DNA of 63,708 nucleotides from Octopus bimaculoides (GCF_001194135.2 NC_068989.1:71441834-71505541), one strand, 5' to 3'; shown: positions 26,681-38,832, counted from the first letter of the stretch. Numbers and translations are program-made. Notes: generated by a model not told the origin, from the letters alone.

Positions 26681-26736
26681 AGGGATTATATGTATGTATA
26701 TACATATACAAACATATGTGTGTGTGTGGGTATGTA

Positions 26737-26791
<55 letters not shown>

Positions 26792-27541
26792 NNNNNNNNN
26801 NNNNNNNNNNNNNNNNNNNNNNNNNNNNNNNNNNNNNNNNNNNNNNNNNNNNNNNNNNNNNNNNNNNNNNNNNNNNNNNNNNNNNNNNNNNNNNNNNNNN
26901 NNNNNNNNNNNNNNNNNNNNNNNNNNNNNNNNNNNNNNNNNNNNNNNNNNNNNNNNNNNNNNNNNNNNNNNNNNNNNNNNNNNNNNNNNNNNNNNNNNNN
27001 NNNNNNNNNNNNNNNNNNNNNNNNNNNNNNNNNNNNNNNNNNNNNNNNNNNNNNNNNNNNNNNNNNNNNNNNNNNNNNNNNNNNNNNNNNNNNNNNNNNN
27101 NNNNNNNNNNNNNNNNNNNNNNNNNNNNNNNNNNNNNNNNNNNNNNNNNNNNNNNNNNNNNNNNNNNNNNNNNNNNNNNNNNNNNNNNNNNNNNNNNNNN
27201 NNNNNNNNNNNNNNNNNNNNNNNNNNNNNNNNNNNNNNNNNNNNNNNNNNNNNNNNNNNNNNNNNNNNNNNNNNNNNNNNNNNNNNNNNNNNNNNNNNNN
27301 NNNNNNNNNNNNNNNNNNNNNNNNNNNNNNNNNNNNNNNNNNNNNNNNNNNNNNNNNNNNNNNNNNNNNNNNNNNNNNNNNNNNNNNNNNNNNNNNNNNN
27401 NNNNNNNNNNNNNNNNNNNNNNNNNNNNNNNNNNNNNNNNNNNNNNNNNNNNNNNNNNNNNNNNNNNNNNNNNNNNNNNNNNNNNNNNNNNNNNNNNNNN
27501 NNNNNNNNNNNNNNNNNNNNNNNNNNNNNNNNNNNNNNNNN

Positions 27542-27648
27542 GGTGTTTTTGCTCAATAAACACTCACAAGGCCCGGTCTGGGAATCGAAACCGCGATCCT
27601 ATGAGCGCGAGTCCGCTGCCCTAACCACTGGGCCATTGCGCCTCCACA
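27542..27648 (-). mobile_element. Young family D-like SINE tRNA head (rest lost in the gap)
   Basis: Reverse complement GTGGAGGCGCAATGGCCCAGTGGTTAGGGCAGCGGACTCGCGCTCATAGGATCGCGGTTTCGATTCCCAGACCGGGC; CpGs retained; A and B boxes intact. Confidence 0.75.
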
Positions 27649-27912
27649 TGTCAATAGAAATATGGTAACAAAAGGGTTGTGTGAATGCGCATGCATATGT
27701 GCATGTGCATGTGTGCGCCTATTTATTTGTCTTCAGATCGAATCAGAAGTGACCATAATTATGCTGTCAGGAATGAATGAATGAGGAGACACAAAATCTG
27801 GAAGTTGCAGCGCAGACAAGCCACCTAAAAGACCAGTAACTCTGAAATAAAACTGATGCAGGGCAGAACATTAGTCTTGAATTGTAGTTCTGATTTCTGG
27901 CACAGACAATTC

Positions 27913-28152
27913 CAATGGTTCTCAACTAGGGCTCATATGACCCTCGGGGGGTCCATGTAAGATGTTATTCTTAGAATTTGTTAGGTGCAGTAAACTGGTT
28001 ATGTTTCTACCATGCACATAATATTTCAATTTTTTATTGCAATTCCTAATAATATTTGAACAAAAACAAAATAGGATATTTAGACATCAAGAGGCTATGA
28101 GTAAAAGAGGAATCAAAGGGGTCCATAGGCAAAAAATGGTTGAGAACCACAG
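27913..28152. mobile_element. hAT-type MITE
   Basis: TIRs CAATGGTTCTCAAC / GTTGAGAACCACAG. Confidence 0.65.
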
Positions 28153-28157
28153 CTCTA

Positions 28158-28375
28158 CAAGGGGGTGCTGCAAAAGTTCCTGGCTTTAAGGGTATTACAA
28201 AAGGCTTGGTTGGAGGCCCAACCTTCCAAGTTCTTTTATAGGACTTAGAAAAACTGAAGGACCACTGCAATAAGCAAGTGGATCTGAGAGGGGAATATGT
28301 TGAATAAAGTCATGATTAACTGATCCTCCTGTATTTTTCTTCACTTGAACCCAGGAACTTTTCAGCAGCCACTTG
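28158..28375 (+). mobile_element. mariner deletion-derivative MITE retaining the transposase C-terminus
   Basis: TIRs CAAGGGGGTGCTGCAAAAGTTCCTGG / CCAGGAACTTTTCAGCAGCCACTTG with TA on both sides (28156-57, 28376-77). The internal EKLKDHCNKQVDLRGEYVE* resembles the mariner transposase end (W.KCV...GEYVE). Confidence 0.8.
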
Positions 28376-28729
28376 TAGAGCCAATGATATGATAAAAGGT
28401 ACCCAATCCTTGCTCTAAAGTGGTTGGGAACAGAAAGAGCACTCAGCTGTAAAAATGAAATAAACATATGCCAAAATACATAACATTCAACAATACATAA
28501 CCAACAAATGATGGTGCTTTGCCTTTGTTGCAGTGGGTGCTCAATGATGAAGGACTGCAGCAGACTGTGGAGATGCTGTGAGACCCAGCCAACTCATGCC
28601 AACATGGCAAAATGGACATTTGATGAGGGTCATGAATACAGGCATGTATGTATGTATGTATGTATGTATGTATGTATGTATGTATGCATGTATTGACTGA
28701 TGGATGGATGTGCATATCGTTACATGAGT

Positions 28730-28960
28730 GTGTGAGTATTTATTTCTTTATTGCCCACAGGGGGCTAAACAAGGATAGACAAAGGGATTAAGTCGACTAC
28801 ATCGACCTCAGTGCTTAACTGGTATTTATTTAATCGGCCCTGAAAGGATGAAAGGCAAAGTTGACCTCAGTGGAATTTGAACTCAGAACGTAAAGACAGA
28901 CGAAATACCACTAAGCATTTCGCCTGGCATGCTAATGATTCTGCCAGCACACCACCCTTT
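28730..28960 (-). mobile_element. Family B SINE, near full length
   Basis: Matches 45060-45310. Confidence 0.8.
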
Positions 28961-29185
28961 TGAGTATATGTATTGACCAATGTGTGTGTATATAATGTGT
29001 GTGTAGGAGGCAAGCATAGCAGAGAAAATAAAAGAATGGAACTAAATATCAATGATACTGCTTTTCATCATCCAAAAAAGTGTAAATGCAAACACAAACA
29101 TATATATACCCAAATATAAAATTATTACATGTATATACGTATGTATGTTTGTGTGTTTATATATATATATATATGGCATTTGACA

Positions 29186-29330
29186 TTTTCTTCTGATGAG
29201 GGTGGCCTGGCTTCATTTAATGGATCCATAAAAATTTATCTTATATACACTTATGAGATCATAGGTCTGTACTAGGTATGAATGTGATTACAACATAAGC
29301 CATGGTTCATCCGAAACAGCTGTCAAGATA
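29186..29330 (+). ncRNA. Type I hammerhead ribozyme, intact core, Penelope-like minimal type with palindromic helix III
   Basis: CTGATGA at 29193-29199. Helix II is GGGTGGCCTGGCTT (29200-213) with AAGCCATGGTTCATCC (29297-312). GAAA at 29313-16, self-complementary ACAGCTGT at 29316-23, GTC cleavage triplet at 29322-24. Helix I is TCTT (29189-92) with AAGA (29325-28). Confidence 0.75.
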
Positions 29331-30592
29331 AGACTATTATGTAACTCACTTCATTTACTTTGTTTCTTCAGTCTGTTCTCTGTAATTTGTAATTCTGTGT
29401 GAATATATGCATTAAGCATACATGTGTTTATCTGCCTTTCTCCTAATGTATGTGTGCATGTGTGTGTGTGTGTCTATGTATCTATCTCCCTCGCCTACAC
29501 TTGTTGTTGCTATTTAGCCATAGTCCACCATGACCATTCCATCAATTTTTCTATTTTTAAAATTTTCTCACAGGCAGGCCTATATGTAGAACCATATTAT
29601 TCAATATGATGATATCACCTTCATCTTTTCTTTTCTTTTTTTTTTTCATTCTTTTACTTACAAGACAATAGAGTGTAATTTGAAGAAAACATAGCTACTA
29701 TTTCTAGCAAGTCAGGAGGTAATGTGGAGACTTGAACCATATCAGTTTGTCCCACTTAGGAACACATATACAGGAATGGTTCAAACACAAGATTGGAAGT
29801 GCATATAGGTTACAAATAGTATCATTTATCTTTCACAAAGGACACAGGATAATGCCTGCTAGCAGAAGTAGTAGACAGATCACACACATACGCGCACACA
29901 CACGCACACACACACAAACATACACATCCATACACACGTGCTTGCACACGTTATCAATTCATTTACACGGGCCAAGAATCTGGCATACTATCAACTAAAT
30001 TGCAGCTCCTTCGTGTGTAAGCTTAACCAGAGACACATATAAGACATATATAGATGCTTGTGTAGATGTTAAGAGTTATGAATAGATAATGGGAAAGAAA
30101 ACAAAAAAAAAAAAAGAAATATTGCTTTGTAAGTTCTCGCTAGATGAGTAAAGAGAATTCTACTACAAGACATAACATGTCCTTTATATGTGCAAGCACA
30201 CACACACACACACACACATCACCACTGTTGTCAGCATCACTTTTCCCATCACCACCATCACCATCATGATTGTTATTACCATTATTTAATGGATATATTC
30301 CATATTCTATGTTTGACGAAATCCAATGGGTCTAAGGACTGCATAATACTCCAGTGTCTGCTTTGACATGGTTTCTACAGCTGGATGCCATTCATGATGC
30401 CAGCATGTACTGGGTGCATTTTTGTTTATTTATTTTTTTGGCACCTCCAGCACTGGTGAGGACGCCATGCAGTAGCAAGATTATGAACCCTGAGGGTGGG
30501 GAGCATGAAGTGGAGGAGAAAATGAAAGAGAAAATATGAACTATGTTACTTTTGTTATTTAGCTGTAGGTCATCCCTGACTAAATAACTTTA

Positions 30593-30782
30593 TTATTATC
30601 TCCGCCTTAGCGGAGGTATTGTTTTCAGTCCTGTTTGTTTGTTTGTCCGTGGACAAGATATCTCAAGAGCCGCTGGATAGATTCAGATGAAACTTTCAGG
30701 GATGTTTGGCTTTGTAACTGGCACAAACTGATTAGATTTGGGGATCAATCCAGTACCGATTCTGGATTATTTTTCCTGCTTT
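30593..30782 (+). mobile_element. Helentron-associated (DINE/HINE-like) non-autonomous element fragment
   Basis: Starts TTATTATCTCCGCCTTAGCGGAGGTATTGTTTTC (short palindrome), then a (TTTG)n microsatellite and GATATCTCAAGAGCCGCTGGATAGATTCAGATGAAACTTT, the layout typical of DINE-1-like elements. Confidence 0.6.
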
Positions 30783-31883
30783 TTTTTTTAGAGAGAGGGA
30801 GAGAGAGAGAGANNNNNNNNNNNNNNNNNNNNNNNNNNNNNNNNNNNNNNNNNNNNNNNNNNNNNNNNNNNNNNNNNNNNNNNNNNNNNNNNNNNNNNNN
30901 NNNNNNNNNNNNNNNNNNNNNNNNNNNNNNNNNGAGAGAGGGAGAGAGAGAGGGAGAGAGAGAGAGGGAGAGAGAGAGAGGGAGAGATAATGATGCTTTA
31001 AGTATGTTACTCAGATTGCTATTTTGAACTAATGCTGCCTCTGTTGCTCATAACAAATAGGTATTTAAAGTCACTGGACCATTCAGGTAGTGTTCCTCAA
31101 GAAAGGAACACCACATGTAAATATGCATCAATGACAACAACAACCATAAACAGCAGCAGCAGCAATAGCAGGATCAGTAGTAGCAATAACGGTAATTGTG
31201 ATGTGGAGTACGATGACATAAAGATGATCAAACAATAAATCAATGCGATATTCAGAAAGGAAAATCTAGAAAAGAACTGTGAAGGTGAAAGAAAAGTTGG
31301 TTGTCTTGTCTGTGTAATGAAATGAAATTAAGGTAACATCTTCGTGTGTATAGTAAATATCGCAATTATTTTTCTTAGCAATTAGAGTACTGAAATTATT
31401 TTCCATAGCAATTAGTGTACATTCTCACAAAAGTCAAAAGAACAATCTAGAAGCCATCAGGAAAGAAACAAAATACCACCACCACCACCACCACCACTAC
31501 ACACACTTATACAAACTAAAAATAATAAAAATCACACATTTAATGCAAAACGCGAATAAAAAAACACTTTAAAAAATACCAATATTCATAGAAAAATAAC
31601 TTGAACTGACAAGGCATTATAAAATATGTGTTTGTTGGTTTGTTTTATTCACTTAATAAGTGTTTGTTTGTTTGTTATTTATTTGATTTTTTTATTTGTC
31701 TGTTTATTTTCTTTTATTTCTTCTTTGCATTCTTGTTTTGTTTTTTTCTGTATAACGAAGAAATTTTCATTTTTGTGATTAATAAACAACATGACTCTGT
31801 ACGAAAAGTGCTGGGTTTGCAAGGTTGGCACAAAGTAATGTTCAGCCCAAGGCACTCTTTGCTTAGCAATACTACTTCTAGAA

Positions 31884-32205
31884 GCACATGGCTTAGTGGT
31901 TAGGGTATTCAGCTCATGATTGTAAGGTCATGAGTTCAATTCCTCTCAATGCACTGTGTCCTTGAGCAAGACACTTTATTTCACGTTGTCAAGCAGTGGT
32001 AGGGGGACAAACACGGATACACAAATACACAAATACACACACACTCACACACATATATATGACGGGCTTCTTTCAGTTTCCGTCTACCAAATCCACTCAC
32101 AAGGCTTTGGTCAGCCCGAGGCTATAATAGAAGACATTTGCCCAAGGTGCCATGCAGTGGAACTGAACCAAGAACCATGTAGTTGGGAAACAAGCTTCTT
32201 ATCAC
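31884..32205. mobile_element. Family D head (+, 31884-31985) joined to a family A SINE (-, 31985-32205)
   Basis: Each part matches in-window copies. Confidence 0.7.
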
Positions 32206-33766
32206 ACAGACAATTATTTTAACAGCAAATTTTATGTCAGAGTACCTTTCTCTTAGAAGATCTGCCTTCCCCATGACTTTGTCAAAAATAGTGGGATCTT
32301 CCTCTAACCCTGGGAAATCCATTTAACTCATAAATAGGATCCTGACAGGTGCTCCTGTTTACACACACACCTACATGTGACAGGTTTGTACACAGTTTAT
32401 GTCTATCAACTTCTCTCACAAAGCATTGGTTGGCCCAGGGTTTCAGAAGATACTTGCCCAAGGTGCCACATGGCGAGATTGAACCCAAAACTGCACAGTT
32501 GTAAAGTGAGCTTCTTGTCAATGCAAACATGCAAGAGCAGGTTATGAAAAATTAAAATTTCTTTTTAATCATCATAACACATAACTAAACTGCAGTTCCA
32601 ATGAATTCTTTATTGCTCCTTTGACCTCCCATAAACAATTTTAAAACAAAAATTTAGGTCTTTTTTTTTGTTTTGTTTTTTTTTTATTTCAATAATTACA
32701 AGGCTGTAATTTTGGTGAGTGACAGAAACAGGAAGGGGAGATAACACTGATTTATTTATTACATCAGAATGCCTTGCCAATATTTCAGTTTTCCAATCTG
32801 AAAATGGAATGTTGTATATGTGTACAAGAGTGTTTCACAGTGATGTGATGTGATGTGATGTGTATGTGCGTATGTGTGTGTGTGTGATAGTTGAAAGATA
32901 TAAATTAAAACAAACTGATCGTTAGGAGAAATTACATTTAAAGAAATTCTAATTTATATAATGGCAACTGAGGAGAGGAAAAAGCATCTGACAAGGAAAA
33001 AATGTTGTAGTTGTTACTGTTGTATTTGATGCTGCTGCTGCTGCTGCTGATGATGATGATGATATTGTTGTTTGGCTGCAGGTTATTTCTGATCATGAAG
33101 ATCTAAAATCAGAAGACAATCTAGCTGAGACTATTTTGTCAATTTTTGGTTTTTCACAAACAGACTATATAACCATCATTTTATCCAATATGTCCTGCCC
33201 ATTTGCTTTTTTTTCTTCTCTTAAGGTGGTAGGGCTGTGACTTGATGGAGACCAGCTGTCTGGCTGTTATTTNNNNNNNNNNNNNNNNNNNNNNNNNNNN
33301 NNNNNNNNNNNNNNNNNNNNNNNNNNNNNNNNNNNNNNNNNNNNNNNNNNNNNNNNNNNNNNNNNNNNNNNNNNNNNNNNNNNNNNNNNNNNNNNNNNNN
33401 NNNNNNNNNNNNNNNNNNNNNNNNNNNNNNNNNNNNNNNNNNNNNNNNNNNNNNNNNNNNNNNNNNNNNNNNNNNNNNNNNNNNNNNNNNNNNNNNNNNN
33501 NNNNNNNNNNNNNNNNNNNNNNNNNNNNNNNNNNNNNNNNNNNNNNNNNNNNNNNNNNNNNNNNNNNNNNNNNNNNNNNNNNNNNNNNNNNNNNNNNNNN
33601 NNNNNNNNNNNNNNNNNNNNNNNNNNNNNNNNNNNNNNNNNNNNNNNNNNNNNNNNNNNNNNNNNNNNNNNNNNNNNNNNNNNNNNNNNNNNNNNNNNNN
33701 NNNNNNNNNNNNNNNNNNNNNNNNNNNNNNNNNNNNNNNNNNNNNNNNNNNNNNNNNNNNNNNNNN

Positions 33767-33800
<34 letters not shown>

Positions 33801-34281
33801 CATATCATCATCATCATCATTTAACATCCGTTGTCCATGCTGGTATGGATTGGACAATTTGACAAAACTCAATGAGTCAGAGAACATGGCTGAACTCCAC
33901 TATCTGCTTTAGTAAGGTTTCAATGACTAGATGTTCTTATAGCACCAACATCAGTTAGATCATCAAGTAACACATACAACAAGACACCTTGGCAGAGAGG
34001 GAGTGCAGTATTGAGAGATGGGGCTTTGTGCCAGACACTGAAAGGCTAAATTATGATAGAGGGACAGAGACATATATGGAGAGAAGAGGACAGCTGTGAA
34101 CATGCTTCTGTCTCAACAGACGTCCTCAGCATAGCAGTTGCCCTACCTTGACTCCAGCAGGCATAAGATTAAGGCATATCTAAAAAAAACGAGTGCAGAA
34201 TATTTATGACTAAGGTACTTAGCATAAATAAAACAAAAAAGAACTTTGAAATAACATAGAGTGGCTGGTTGCTATTATGTT

Positions 34282-34332
<51 letters not shown>

Positions 34333-34846
34333 ACATCGTTGTTATCATACAAAAGTGTCATAAGTCCAAAACGATAAAATAGTTTCACTATTCTATAGCA
34401 AAACTGTTGTATTCACTTCCACAACTTTGGATATCTTGGCATCTGAAGCAGGTGGAGATACGATAGTTTGACCAAAAGAACCGACTACTGTAAGCAAAAG
34501 TAAATACTGAAAAAAACACATTTGGCTAAATTTGGACATACGACAGTTTAACATAATAGCAACGATATATATGCATATATTTATAAACTCATCGTTTCTG
34601 GATTTGGTTTGCAAGATTCTTTCTGTGAGTTTGTGTGTTGAAGCATGTTTTGTCGTGTGTGGGGAAAGTCATTCTCTTTTAGTGCCTTATTATTTAACAC
34701 ACTCACCAGTAAAGTTTCCACTCATTTAGTTATTTATTTTTCCTAAAATTTTCGTTGTCTCTTGCACCCTTTTCAATAGTCGTTGACTCATATATATATA
34801 TATACATATATATACAAATACATATATATACATATACATACATACA

Positions 34847-34874
<28 letters not shown>

Positions 34875-34877
<3 letters not shown>

Positions 34878-35022
34878 GACGAGCAGTTTCTGTCTACCAA
34901 ATCCATTCACAAGGCTTTGGTCGGCCCGAGTCTATAATAGACACTTACCCAAGATGCCACGCAGTAGGACTGAACCCAGAACCATGCGGTTGGTAAGCAA
35001 GCTACTTACCACACAGCCACTC
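34875..35022 (-). mobile_element. Family A SINE head
   Basis: Reverse complement of the consensus head. Confidence 0.8.
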
Positions 35023-35603
35023 CTATATATATATATATATATTGTTGTATTTCATGTAGCATATGGCTGAGCAACACACGAGCCATCAACCCAACCAGAT
35101 CCCCAGTGAAGGGAACATGGTAAGCAAGGGTCTAGCTTGGAAAATCGAGCAAAAATGATCAAACGGTCTGAGCTGGCACTCCTGAATCATACAAGTAACA
35201 GGACACATCCTGCTTTCTGAGTAGAGTTGTTGGCAGGATATGAAACCCAACCACTGAGAACCCATAATCCTGCAAAGCATCCTGATACCAAAAGAGTTCA
35301 GGTGAGAAAATAGATAGATCTGAATATATTTAAGTCATAATTTTTACATCTGGCTTTCCATGCTGGCATGTGTTGGACAGGGTTACATGAGGTAGTGTTT
35401 CACAGTTGGATGTCCTTTCTGATGCCAGTACTTTTTTCAAATGCTTCTTCTTATGACACATTATAAAGATTTAAAAAATGACAAACATTATATTCTGTAA
35501 CAGAGCAACGGTGAGTAAAATTAATGTTGTGACCTTTTATGATCAGAGGTATCTATCCATGAACAATCAGGCTTAAGAGTCATTAAGAGGATAGGAAATG
35601 CTA

Positions 35604-35670
<67 letters not shown>

Positions 35671-35799
35671 TAAAAGATATGAATATAGATAATGTCATAA
35701 GGTACATAGTTTGTCTATGACTGAAAGTAAGATTAATGATGTCATAACTGCTGGACTGATGTAGAGATAGCAGACTTTATATGTTGAGGTCAGAGGTCA

Positions 35800-35921
35800 G
35801 ATGTCAGCAGGGATGATGATGATGGTGGTGGTGATGATGATGGTGGTGGTGGTGGTGGTGGTAGTGATGGTGACCATGGAAGTGGTGATAGTGGTGATGC
35901 TGCTGCTGATGGTGATGATGA

Positions 35922-35955
<34 letters not shown>

Positions 35956-36065
35956 GGTGGTCGTGGTGATGGTGGTGATGGTGCTGATGGTGATACTGAT
36001 GGTGAAGGTGCTGATAGTGGTGGGGATGATGATGATGATGATAGTGGTGGCAGTGGTAATGATGG

Positions 36066-36108
<43 letters not shown>

Positions 36109-36130
36109 AATGATGATGATGATGTCATAA
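35800..36130. repeat. Degenerate (GAT/GGT)n tract
   Basis: Direct inspection. Confidence 0.85.
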
Positions 36131-37904
36131 CTACTTTCCTAANNNNNNNNNNNNNNNNNNNNNNNNNNNNNNNNNNNNNNNNNNNNNNNNNNNNNNNNNN
36201 NNNNNNNNNNNNNNNNNNNNNNNNNNNNNNNNNNNNNNNNNNNNNNNNNNNNNNNNNNNNNNNNNNNNNNNNNNNNNNNNNNNNNNNNNNNNNNNNNNNN
36301 NNNNNNNNNNNNNNNNNNNNNNNNNNNNNNNNNNNNNNNNNNNNNNNNNNNNNNNNNNNNNNNNNNNNNNNNNNNNNNNNNNNNNNNNNNNNNNNNNNNN
36401 NNNNNNNNNNNNNNNNNNNNNNNNNNNNNNNNNNNNNNNNNNNNNNNNNNNNNNNNNNNNNNNNNNNNNNNNNNNNNNNNNNNNNNNNNNNNNNNNNNNN
36501 NNNNNNNNNNNNNNNNNNNNNNNNNNNNNNNNNNNNNNNNNNNNNNNNNNNNNNNNNNNNNNNNNNNNNNNNNNNNNNNNNNNNNNNNNNNNNNNNNNNN
36601 NNNNNNNNNNNNNNNNNNNNNNNNNNNNNNNNNNNNNNNNNNNNNNNNNNNNNNNNNNNNNNNNNNNNNNNNNNNNNNNNNNNNNNNNNNNNNNNNNNNN
36701 NNNNNNNNNNNNNNNNNNNNNNNNNNNNNNNNNNNNNNNNNNNNNNNNNNNNNNNNNNNNNNNNNNNNNNNNNNNNNNNNNNNNNNNNNNNNNNNNNNNN
36801 NNNNNNNNNNNNNNNNNNNNNNNNNNNNNNNNNNNNNNNNNNNNNNNNNNNNNNNNNNNNNNNNNNNNNNNNNNNNNNNNNNNNNNNNNNNNNNNNNNNN
36901 NNNNNNNNNNNNNNNNNNNNNNNNNNNNNNNNNNNNNNNNNNNNNNNNNNNNNNNNNNNNNNNNNNNNNNNNNNNNNNNNNNNNNNNNNNNNNNNNNNNN
37001 NNNNNNNNNNNNNNNNNNNNNNNNNNNNNNNNNNNNNNNNNNNNNNNNNNNNNNNNNNNNNNNNNNNNNNNNNNNNNNNTTTAGTGAGTTAGCTTTTCTT
37101 AATCCCTCCAGCTATTTAAACGTAATTGAAGTCGTTTCTGCGTTGTTATTGCTGTTGTTATGTTATTGTTGTTGTTGGTGGTGTTTTTTTTTTTACTTTC
37201 CCTGTTTGCTGTTTCAGTAGATGATGATGATGATGATGATGATGAAGATGATGATGATGATGATGAAGATGATGATGATGATGATGATGATGAAGATGAT
37301 GATGATGAGGAGGAGGAGGAGGGGGAGGAGGAAGGTGATGATGATAGTGGTATTGCTGGTGGTGGAAATGGTAGTGGTGGCAGTGAGGATGATGATGATG
37401 ATGATAATGGTGTTAGTGATGATGATGATGGTGACCATGATAATAATGAATACTAGCACAAAGGTGGTGGCAAATGTGATGATGATGATGATGATGATGA
37501 TGATGGTGGTGATGGTGATGATGATGACAACGACGGTGTTGGCAACTGCAAATATTTTCACAGCTTTCAGTCAGTTAATTCCATCTTTCTGACACGTAAC
37601 TCACAAAATAATCCAAAAACTACCAGGTTACAACAATCTATGTTATTTGAGGATAATTCTATGCTCGGTTTCAATTTAATAATTGATGCAATTACAATGA
37701 TACAGAGATAACCGACAGAGTACTAAAGTCAGACCAGATCAAATGAGATCAAATTCTATATTCTCTTAAACTGAGTTCAAATCCAGCTGACGGAAACGGA
37801 GGAAAGAAGCTGATGATTTTTGTTTTCCATATTTTGTGACATCAATAAAATATACACCCATCTTAGCTTGCCAACACCACCACTCCCCCAATGCTCCTCC
37901 TCAT

Positions 37905-38420
37905 CATCATCATCATTTAACATCAGTTTTCCATGCTGGCATAACTTGGACGGTTTGACAGAAGTTGACCAGCTGAAGGGCTGTTTAGGCTCCATGACTG
38001 TTCTGGAATGGTTTCTATGGCTTGATGCCCTTCCTAACACCAACCACTTTACAGAGTGTACTGGGCACTTTTACACGGCGCCGACACAAGTTCCTTTTAC
38101 ATAGCACCAGCACTTCCAAACCTGCAAGATTAAGGATGCTCAGCTCAAAAAAGAGTTGCAAGGGACAAGCCTGTATGCAAGGGCAACTACACTTTTACTT
38201 AGTCTGACATGTCTTTTCAAGCACAGCAAACCGCCAGGAGTCTCAGTCCCTTGTCATCCCCTCTGTGAATCCCAATATCTATAGATCCTTTCTCACCACT
38301 TTGTCTCACATGTTCCTGGGTCTACCTCTTTCACATGTTGCCTCTACAATTAGAGAACGGCACCTCTTGATGCAACTGTTCTCGTTCATACGCATTACAT
38401 GGCCATACTAACACTGTTGC
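37905..38420 (-). mobile_element. RTE LINE 3' fragment
   Basis: YGHVMRMNENSCIKRCRSLIVEATCERGRPRNM..., then the 3' UTR and (GAT)n tail. Confidence 0.8.
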
Positions 38421-38532
38421 ATTTTTCAATTAATCATTCATTATCTCATAGCTTCAAGATATACAATGACATTGTAGGATAAGATATGATAGGTCAGCTC
38501 AGGCTGGTTTGAACTTAAAACAGAATATTTTG

Positions 38533-38832
38533 CAGTTCTATATTTAAGAGATGAAGAATTATGTACATTATTTACATTTGACGGATATTTGTCCTCATCT
38601 TGTTTGCTGTTAACACAACGTTTTGGCTGATATATCCTCCAGCCTTCATCAGGTGTCTTGGAGAAATTTTGAACCTGGGTTCTCATTCCTAAGGTATTTT
38701 TCGATGTTGTTGTTATTGTTGTTGTTATTATTATTATTATTATATTATTATTATTCTGGTCACTGCCTAGAATCGAACTTGGAATCTTGGGGTTAGTAGC
38801 CCGCGCTCTTAACTACTACGCCATACGCCCAC
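38533..38832 (-). mobile_element. tRNA-headed SINE-like element whose 3' half carries a hammerhead ribozyme motif
   Basis: Minus strand reads GTGGGCGTATGGCGTAGTAGTTAAGAGCGCGGGCTACTAACCCCAAGATTCCAAGTTCGATTC (A box, anticodon-like arm, B box), then an (AAT/AAC)n linker, then AAGACAC-CTGATGA-A-GGCTG-gaggatatat-CAGCC-aAAAC-GTT-GTGTT (plus 38612-38657). Confidence 0.7.

Noticed and set aside
27566-27648. Possible functional tRNA gene (also 38757-38832 and 62092-62165)
   Set aside because: No acceptor-stem pairing, and each continues into SINE body sequence; these are SINE heads.
27737-27780. Acceptor followed by (D)RIRSDHNYAVRNE*, containing an HCF-binding-like DHNY motif
   Set aside because: Only 14 codons, no supporting exon and no recognisable host protein; a chance match is likely.
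35790-37592. Poly-Met, poly-Ser/Pro, poly-Asp and poly-Ile ORFs (also 18443, 53204, 62939)
   Set aside because: Translations of trinucleotide microsatellites.
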